Assembly (NCBI GenBank): GCA_045585895.1
Contig: JAZMZI010000084.1
Span: forward strand, 33,196-97,195
DNA length: 64,000 nucleotides
From: Eubacteriales bacterium
GTDB taxonomy: Bacteria; Bacillota; Clostridia; Oscillospirales; CAG-272
Reading direction: 5' to 3'
Part shown: positions 57,456 to 64,000 of the stretch, in pieces
Position numbering within the stretch: the stretch's first letter is position 1
How the letters are laid out: every line of letters starts with the position of its first letter
Notes under the pieces: model-generated
Told to the model about the DNA's origin: nothing
The model's database searches: none
What the model saw: only the letters and a program-made list of their open reading frames with translations
Position numbers and translations under genes: made by a program

Positions 57456-57635
57456 ATGACAGGATACGATCTTTTGGTTCTGGGAATAATACTTCTTATT
57501 GTCGGCGGTGCCGTCGCTTACATTATTATCAGTAAAAAGCGCGGCAAAGCCTGTATTGGATGCCCCGATTCCGCAAGCTGCACGGGAAACTGTAAAAACT
57601 GCGGCGCGTGTAACAAACACGACGACAAAAATTGA
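57456..57635 (+). CDS. FeoB-associated Cys-rich membrane protein (59 aa, missed by ORF track)
   Basis: MTGYDLLVLGIILLIVGGAVAYIIISKKRGKACIGCPDSASCTGNCKNCGACNKHDDKN; GAGG RBS. Confidence 0.9.
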   Translation: MTGYDLLVLGIILLIVGGAVAYIIISKKRGKACIGCPDSASCTGNCKNCGACNKHDDKN

Positions 57636-57641
57636 ATTTTG

Positions 57642-57672
57642 ACCACCGAATTTTAAAATTCGGTGGTTTTTT
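57642..57672 (+). terminator. Intrinsic terminator of the feo operon
   Basis: ACCACCGAATTT/AAATTCGGTGGT followed by T run. Confidence 0.88.
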
Positions 57673-57935
57673 ACAAAAAGAAGCACTTTCGTTTAAAATA
57701 ATTCATTTAAAATCGAAGAATAATCAAAATAATCAAATTTTGCCTTGATTTTTGACAAATTATGTGATATAGTATATTTTGGTGAAACTTGAATTATAAT
57801 CAGATTTAAGCTCGTTCAACTCGACGGGTATTAATGATTTGTGAATTTAGTAGTGATTTTGGAGAACAACAAGATGCCGCTTGGCACATTATATAGACAT
57901 AAACATTTTCATCAAAATTCAAGAGGTAATTAATT

Positions 57936-59744
57936 ATGGATCTTAATCTTTTGCTGAGTATTCTTTCTCTCATCTGCGGACTTGCCCTGTTCCTTTACGG
58001 TATGGACGTTATGGGCGACGCGCTGAAAAAAAGCGCAGGCAGAAAGCTGAAAACAATACTCGGAAACCTTACGTCAAATAAATTCAAGGGATTTCTTTTA
58101 GGTCTTGGCGTTACCGCTATCATTCAATCCTCGTCCGCAACCACGGTTATGGTCGTAGGCTTCGTTAACTCGGGCACTATGCTCCTTTCTCAAGCCGTTG
58201 GCGTAATTATGGGAGCTAACGTCGGAACCGCAGTTACCGCTTGGCTCACCGCGCTTAACGGACTCGACAATCTCGGATTTTCACTTGACGCACTCAAGCT
58301 TCTCAAGCCCGATGCATGGATGCCTATTCTTGCGCTTATCGGTATCGGACTTATAATGTTCTCTAAAAAGAGTAAGTTCAAGGACGTCGGAAACATTCTT
58401 ATGGGCTTTGCCGTCCTTATGGTCGGTATGACGCTGATGTCCGACGCTGTAAGCGGTTACGGAGAGCAGTTGAAGCCTCTCTTCACTATGTTCAAGGATT
58501 GGCCTATTCTCGGTGTTCTTGCGGGTACGCTTCTTACGGCTATTGTTCAGTCCTCCTCCGCTTCCGTCGGTATTCTTCAGGCGCTCTCCTTTACGGGCGC
58601 TATCACCTACGGTTCTGCAATGCCTATCGTTATGGGTCAGAATATCGGTACTTGTATCACCGCTATTATATCCTCTCTCGGCGCTAACAAGAACGGTAAG
58701 CGCGCCGCATTTATTCATCTCTACTTCAACGTCATTGGCGTCGGTCTTTGGATGGCATTCTATTATCTTATCGGTTGGATACTTGAGACCACGGGAGCCT
58801 TCGGACTCCTCTCGTGGGCAGATAACACCACTATCGAAGCCTTCGGTATCGCGGGAATCCACACCGTATTTAAGATATTCTCGGTCTTCACTCTTATGCC
58901 CTTTACCAAGCTTCTTGAAAAGCTTGCATGCCTTACCGTCCGCGGAACCGACAATAAGGGCGACGAATACACCTCCATGCTGGACGAGAGACTTCTCGAC
59001 ACCCCTTCCGTTGCTATCGAGCGTTGCCGCAAGGTAGCGGTTCATATGGGCGAGCTTTCCGTTGACCCCTTCAACAAAGCAATCGGTCTGTTCAAATCTT
59101 ACGATCCTAAGGTGGCGCAGGAAATACGCGATGCCGAGGACAAGGTGGATATATACGAGGACGCACTGGGAACCTATCTCGTTAAGCTTTCTTCCCGAAG
59201 CTTAAGCGAACAGGATAGCGTCGAAGTAACCAAGCTTCTTCATATCATAGGCGACTTTGAGAGAATCTCCGACCACTCGGTAAACATCGTGGAATCTGCC
59301 GAGGAGCTTCGTGATAAAGAGCTTTCATTCTCCGAATACGCGGTTCGTGAGCTTGAAGTAATGTACGGTGCTCTTAACGAGATAACCAATATTACGAAGG
59401 ATGCTTTTGCTGATAACGATCTCGAAAAGGCAACTCTGGTAGAGCCTCTTGAGCAGGTAGTAGACGATCTTAAGGACAAGGTCAAGCTTTCACACGTTAT
59501 CCGAGTTCAGAAAAACCAGTGCACTATTGAACACGGTTTTATCCTCTCCGACCTTCTTACAAACCTTGAGAGAGTCTCCGACCACTGCTCCAACATTGCG
59601 GGTTGCGTAGTTGAAATGTCCCGTCACGACGCTCTTGATCTTCACTCTTATCTCAGAGAAGTCAAAGCGGGCGGCAAGGAATTTGAAATCAACTATAAAA
59701 AGTATTCCGAAAAATACGCTCTTCCCTCAGCAACCGAAAATTAA
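57936..59744 (+). CDS. Na/Pi cotransporter family protein with C-terminal PhoU domains
   Basis: Two QSSS repeats, GANVGT/GQNIGT, two ERISDH/ERVSDH PhoU motifs. Confidence 0.93.
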   Translation: MDLNLLLSILSLICGLALFLYGMDVMGDALKKSAGRKLKTILGNLTSNKFKGFLLGLGVTAIIQSSSATTVMVVGFVNSGTMLLSQAVGVIMGANVGTAVTAWLTALNGLDNLGFSLDALKLLKPDAWMPILALIGIGLIMFSKKSKFKDVGNILMGFAVLMVGMTLMSDAVSGYGEQLKPLFTMFKDWPILGVLAGTLLTAIVQSSSASVGILQALSFTGAITYGSAMPIVMGQNIGTCITAIISSLGANKNGKRAAFIHLYFNVIGVGLWMAFYYLIGWILETTGAFGLLSWADNTTIEAFGIAGIHTVFKIFSVFTLMPFTKLLEKLACLTVRGTDNKGDEYTSMLDERLLDTPSVAIERCRKVAVHMGELSVDPFNKAIGLFKSYDPKVAQEIRDAEDKVDIYEDALGTYLVKLSSRSLSEQDSVEVTKLLHIIGDFERISDHSVNIVESAEELRDKELSFSEYAVRELEVMYGALNEITNITKDAFADNDLEKATLVEPLEQVVDDLKDKVKLSHVIRVQKNQCTIEHGFILSDLLTNLERVSDHCSNIAGCVVEMSRHDALDLHSYLREVKAGGKEFEINYKKYSEKYALPSATEN

Positions 59745-59755
59745 TCTTTTAAAAG

Positions 59756-59786
59756 AAATAACCGCTGACTTGCAGCGGTTATTTTT
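59756..59786. terminator. Bidirectional terminator overlapping the MATE stop codon
   Basis: AAATAACCGCTG/CAGCGGTTATTT inverted repeat. Confidence 0.8.
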
Positions 59787-61110
59787 GATATTCTTTTCGT
59801 TTCGCAAAGATAAAAGCAAATGAAACTACGGTAGCCATAAGCTCTGCCACAACAAGAGACAGCCAAACTCCGTCAATGCCCATAACTATAGGCAGAAGCA
59901 ATACCGCACTTGCTTGAAACACAAGCGTTCTCAAAAAGGATATGATAGCCGAAATAATCCCGTTATTAAGCGCGGTAAAAAAGGACGATCCGAAAATTGC
60001 CATTCCCGTAAAGAGGAATGAGAATGAAAAGATATAAAAGCCTCTGATAGTCAGTTTCAAAAGATAGTCGTCATAGCCCACGAACAAAGTCGACAGCGGA
60101 ACTGCTAAAAGAATAGACAGGATCAGCATTGTTAAAGAGGTGATTCCTATCAGTAAAAGACTTTTTCTCAAAAGACTTTTTAGCTCTTCGTGATTGCCTG
60201 CGCCGTAGTTGAATCCTATTATCGGAGCAGTACCTATGGAGTAACCGATAAATATCGCAATAAATATCATGCCGACGTACATGAGAACTCCGTATGCCGC
60301 AACGCCGTCCTCGCCCTCAAGCTTCATAAGCTGAAAGTTATAAAGCATACTTACAAGAGACATTGAAATATTGCTCATCAGCTCGGACGAGCCGTTGGTG
60401 CAGGTCTTTATGAGAGCTTTAAAATCAAATTCAAAACGGGTCAGGCGCAAAAGACTGTGATTTGTAGGCAAAATAAAATAACCTATCGAGAAAAAGCCGC
60501 CAACGCATTGGCTTATAGCTGTTGCCCAAGCCGCGCCTACGAGATCAAATCTAAACACTCCCACAAAGAGCGCGTCAAGAACGATATTCGTAATTCCCGA
60601 TGCGAGAGTCGCAAAAAGTCCAAGCTTGGGTTTCTCCGCGGTAATAAAAAAGCTCTGGAACTCTATCTGCAACATAAAAGGTATCATGGACACGAGGATT
60701 ATCCTTCCGTAGGTAACGCAATCCTCAAGCATCTGCCCTTCCGCCCCCAGAAGCGACGCAACGGGACGGATAAGAAACATCCCCGCAACGGTTATTATCG
60801 CGCCCGTAGCAATAGACAGATAAATTATCATCGAAAAAAGCTTATTTGCTTTTTCATTATTTCCCTCTCCGAGAGTTTTTGCGACGAGAGCACTGCCTCC
60901 CGTGCCAAACATAAAACCGATAGCGCCGAGTATCATCAAAAAAGGGAAAATGAAATTTACCGCAGCAAACGAGGTCTTGTTGGTAAACGTGGAAATAAAA
61001 AATCCGTCTACAACACCGTAGATAGACGTAAATATCATCATAGCGATAGACGGCAGAGTAAATCTGATAAGTCTACCGTAACTGAAATGGTCTGAAAGCT
61101 GAATCTTCAT
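59779..61110 (-). CDS. MATE family efflux transporter
   Basis: SIYGVVDG.F, NIVLDALF, GAAWATAISQ, 12 TM. Confidence 0.93.
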   Translation of the reverse strand: MKIQLSDHFSYGRLIRFTLPSIAMMIFTSIYGVVDGFFISTFTNKTSFAAVNFIFPFLMILGAIGFMFGTGGSALVAKTLGEGNNEKANKLFSMIIYLSIATGAIITVAGMFLIRPVASLLGAEGQMLEDCVTYGRIILVSMIPFMLQIEFQSFFITAEKPKLGLFATLASGITNIVLDALFVGVFRFDLVGAAWATAISQCVGGFFSIGYFILPTNHSLLRLTRFEFDFKALIKTCTNGSSELMSNISMSLVSMLYNFQLMKLEGEDGVAAYGVLMYVGMIFIAIFIGYSIGTAPIIGFNYGAGNHEELKSLLRKSLLLIGITSLTMLILSILLAVPLSTLFVGYDDYLLKLTIRGFYIFSFSFLFTGMAIFGSSFFTALNNGIISAIISFLRTLVFQASAVLLLPIVMGIDGVWLSLVVAELMATVVSFAFIFAKRKEYQK

Positions 61111-61141
61111 TAATTATCTCCCAATTAGTTATAACATAGAT

Positions 61142-61170
61142 ATTATACACGAATCGCTCTTTTAAGTCAA
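61142..61170 (-). promoter_or_regulatory. sigmaA promoter of the MATE gene
   Basis: TTGACT-17-TATAAT. Confidence 0.7.
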
Positions 61171-61220
61171 TAGTTTACTAAAAAAAGCGAAAAATACGCG
61201 TCTTTATTTTTATAAACGTA

Positions 61221-61249
61221 TTGAAAAACAACCCAAAATGTGATAAAAT
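61221..61249 (+). promoter_or_regulatory. sigmaA promoter of the met operon
   Basis: TTGAAA-17-TAAAAT with extended TG. Confidence 0.65.
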
Positions 61250-61282
61250 ATCTTATATTTATATTTAAAGAAGGCAATTATC

Positions 61283-62161
61283 ATGAAGCTTACCGAAATT
61301 TTTGAAAAAGGCACGCCCCACCTCTCCTTTGAGGTCTTCCCTCCCAAGACGACTACTGCTTTTGAAAGCGTAAAGACCGCAACCGAGGAGATTGCAAAGC
61401 TTAAACCCTCATTTATGAGCGTAACCTACGGCGCGGGTGGCGGCACAAGCCAATACACTCTTGAAATAGCAAAGAATATAAAAGCGAGCTACGGCGTTCC
61501 TACTCTCGCCCATCTTACCTGCGTTTCTTCCACCCGTGAGACGGTTAAATCCATGATCGAGCGCATAAAGGATGCCGACATACAGAACGTAATGGCTCTC
61601 CGCGGAGATATTCCCGCAGGTATGGAAAACGCAGACCGCACAAATTGGGCGTACCGTCACGCGATCGATCTTATATATGAGTTGCGCGAATCGGGTGCGG
61701 ATTTCTGCATCGGCGGCGCTTGCTATCCCGAAATTCATCCCGAAAGCAAAGATCAGAAGGAAGACATAAAGTATCTTAAGGAAAAGGTTGACGCAGGCTG
61801 TGATTTCCTTACGACGCAAATGTTTTTCGACAACAATCTGCTTTACAACTTCCTTTATAAAATAAGAGAAGCAGGCATCACGGTGCCGATCATTCCGGGA
61901 ATTATGCCTATTACCAATGCGAAATTCATTGAAAGAAGCATAAAGCTCTCCGGTTCCTTCGTGCCCCAGAGATTCAAAGCGCTGGTTGACAAATTCGGCA
62001 ACGACGACTATGCGATGAAACAGGCGGGTATTGCTTACGCAACCGATCAGATAATCGATCTTTACGCAAACGGAATCACCAACGTTCACGTTTATTCTAT
62101 GAATAAGATAGACGTTGCGGAAAAGATACAGAGCAATCTGTCTGCAATTCTCGGAAAATGA
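61283..62161 (+). CDS. metF: 5,10-methylenetetrahydrofolate reductase
   Basis: SFEVFPPK, SVTYGAGG, AHLTC, ALRGD, CYPE.HPE, TQMFFD. Confidence 0.96.
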   Translation: MKLTEIFEKGTPHLSFEVFPPKTTTAFESVKTATEEIAKLKPSFMSVTYGAGGGTSQYTLEIAKNIKASYGVPTLAHLTCVSSTRETVKSMIERIKDADIQNVMALRGDIPAGMENADRTNWAYRHAIDLIYELRESGADFCIGGACYPEIHPESKDQKEDIKYLKEKVDAGCDFLTTQMFFDNNLLYNFLYKIREAGITVPIIPGIMPITNAKFIERSIKLSGSFVPQRFKALVDKFGNDDYAMKQAGIAYATDQIIDLYANGITNVHVYSMNKIDVAEKIQSNLSAILGK

Positions 62162-62754
62162 GCGCGGTAGTTTTTAAAGAATTCCCTGCTCCCGAGATAT
62201 CAAAACGCGAAATTTTGCGCTATATGGGTTGCAAGGAAAGCTCACCAGAGATAGAAACGCTTATCGACCGTTCGCTGGATATCTGCCGAGGAAAGCTCTC
62301 TTATAAGGTATGCTTCGCGGAGTTTGACGTTAATATCTCCTCTCCCGTTTGCGACCTCGGTTTTGCCAAAGCGGAAAGCCGTGACCTTGCCAAATGTCTC
62401 GCCAATTGCCAAAAAGCGATAGTTTTCGGCGCAACCGTGGGACTTCAGCTTGACAGACTTATTCTTCGTTACGGGAAAACCGAGCCTTCGGTATCGGTTT
62501 GCTTGCAGGCCATCGGCGCTGAGCGAATAGAAGCGCTTTGCGACGCTTTTTGCCTTGAATTGAAGAATAAGTATATGCCGGACGGTAAAGCTCTGCGTCC
62601 GAGATTCAGCGCGGGATACGGTGACCTTCCCCTTGAATTTCAAAAGGAAATATTCGCTGCTTTAGAATGTGAAAAAAGAATAGGTCTCACTCTAAACGAT
62701 AGTTTGATCATGTCGCCCACCAAAAGCGTGACGGCGATAATAGGTATTTACTGA
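62158..62754 (+). CDS. Stand-alone B12-dependent methionine synthase activation domain
   Basis: EILRYMG, GATVG, RFSAGYGDLPL, PTKSVTAIIG. Confidence 0.85.
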   Translation: MSAVVFKEFPAPEISKREILRYMGCKESSPEIETLIDRSLDICRGKLSYKVCFAEFDVNISSPVCDLGFAKAESRDLAKCLANCQKAIVFGATVGLQLDRLILRYGKTEPSVSVCLQAIGAERIEALCDAFCLELKNKYMPDGKALRPRFSAGYGDLPLEFQKEIFAALECEKRIGLTLNDSLIMSPTKSVTAIIGIY

Positions 62755-62755
62755 T

Positions 62756-64000
62756 ATGAAAATTCTTGATTATTTAAAAGAAAATATTCTTATACTTGAC
62801 GGCGGTATGGGAACTCTGCTCCAGGGCGCAGGACTTCCCACAGGTGAATTGCCCGAGAGGTGGAATATCACACACAGTGACGTTATAAGAAATATTCACC
62901 GCGATTATTTTGCGGCAGGCTCTAACGTAGTGTCCACCAACACTTTCGGAGCAAATCTTCTGAAATTCTCTCGCGACGAGCTTGAAGAAATAATCTTCGC
63001 GGCAGTCGAAAACGCGAAAGCGGCGCGAGAATGCTTTGACGGAGAAAGATTTATAGCTCTTGACGTAGGCCCTACGGGAAAGCTTTTGAAGCCTTACGGA
63101 GACCTTGATTTCGAGGATGCGGTCTCTATCTTTGCGGAAACCGTAAAAATCGGCGTCAGGGCGGGCGTTGATCTCATTTTTATCGAGACGATGAACGACT
63201 CATACGAAACCAAGGCGGCTCTTTTGGCGGCAAAGGAAAATTCCTCCCTTCCCGTTTTCGTTTCCAACGCATACGGTTCGGATTCAAGACTTATGACAGG
63301 TGCTTCGCCTGCGGCGATGGTCGCAATGCTTGAGGGTATGGGCGCAGATGCCATCGGAGCTAACTGCTCTCTCGGCCCCCGTCAGCTTATGACAGTTGCC
63401 GAGGAATTGCTTGAATATGCTACCGTCCCCGTGCTTTTAAAGCCTAATGCGGGTCTCCCCGAGATAAAAGACGGCAAGACCGTATACGACGTAACTCCCG
63501 AAGAATTCGGACGTGACGTTGCGTCTCTTGTGAAAAAGGGTGTTCGCATATGCGGAGGTTGTTGCGGCACCACCCCCGAATATATAAAGGCAATAGTCGA
63601 TTCTATCCCCCAAAAACCTATTTCACGCGAGATCAAAAAGCGCACATTGGTGTCCTCCTACACTCACGCAGTCGATTTTGATTCTGCGCCAATTCTTATT
63701 GGCGAGCGCATAAATCCCACGGGTAAAAAGGTTTTCAAGCAGGCGTTGCGCGATCATGATCTTGATTTTATTATATCCGAGGGGCTTAATGAGGAAGCAG
63801 CGGGAGTGCATATTCTCGACGTCAACGTTGGTCTTCCCGAAATTGATGAAGCAAAAATGATAAAGGAAGTCGTCTGCTCGCTCCAAGCGGTTTGCGATCT
63901 TCCCTTGCAGATAGATACCGCTGACGCTGTGGCTATGGAGACCGCATTGCGCCGATATAACGGCAAGGCGATGATAAACTCGGTTAACGGCAAAGCCGAA
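62756..64000 (+). CDS. metH: Cobalamin-dependent methionine synthase (3' end beyond window)
   Basis: Not in ORF track. Hand translation MKILDYLKENILILDGGMGTLLQ...TNTFGAN...IETM...GANCSLGP...KPNAGLP...GGCCGTTP...IGERINPTGK. Confidence 0.92.
   Translation, partial: MKILDYLKENILILDGGMGTLLQGAGLPTGELPERWNITHSDVIRNIHRDYFAAGSNVVSTNTFGANLLKFSRDELEEIIFAAVENAKAARECFDGERFIALDVGPTGKLLKPYGDLDFEDAVSIFAETVKIGVRAGVDLIFIETMNDSYETKAALLAAKENSSLPVFVSNAYGSDSRLMTGASPAAMVAMLEGMGADAIGANCSLGPRQLMTVAEELLEYATVPVLLKPNAGLPEIKDGKTVYDVTPEEFGRDVASLVKKGVRICGGCCGTTPEYIKAIVDSIPQKPISREIKKRTLVSSYTHAVDFDSAPILIGERINPTGKKVFKQALRDHDLDFIISEGLNEEAAGVHILDVNVGLPEIDEAKMIKEVVCSLQAVCDLPLQIDTADAVAMETALRRYNGKAMINSVNGKAE

Noticed and set aside
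1-64000. tRNA/rRNA, CRISPR, IS/integrase, prophage or anti-phage defence genes
   Set aside because: None recognised; intergenic gaps are short and mostly explained by promoters and terminators. A by-eye scan could miss small RNAs.

Overview
A gene-dense chromosomal window from an anaerobic Firmicute, probably Clostridia (inferred from gene content, sigmaA-type promoters, and ylmC/spoVB with sigmaE-like promoters). About 50 CDS, mostly housekeeping: SufC/SufBD-like, trxB, nrdD/nrdG, lexA, GTP-PEPCK, tadA, rpsB-tsf, a Clp ATPase, ECF-truA, ruvABC, hom, cysK, rarA, feoAB, metF/metH and several ABC/MATE transporters. Two short genes (rubredoxin, FeoB-associated Cys-rich protein) and two edge-truncated genes (SufBD, MetH) are missing from the ORF track and were translated by hand. 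No rRNA, tRNA, CRISPR array, prophage or IS element was seen. Best leads: (1) an intact 914-aa P-type ATPase homologue lacking every catalytic motif, next to DUF5711, CvpA and a Zn-finger Clp ATPase; (2) a redoxin-type class III RNR fused to a CPNC glutaredoxin domain beside trxB; (3) a tightly coupled lexA-ABC-nrdG operon; (4) a divergent orphan SigH-like sigma factor with an upstream operator-like array and a zinc-ribbon neighbour. All calls come from reading motifs by eye; no searches were run.
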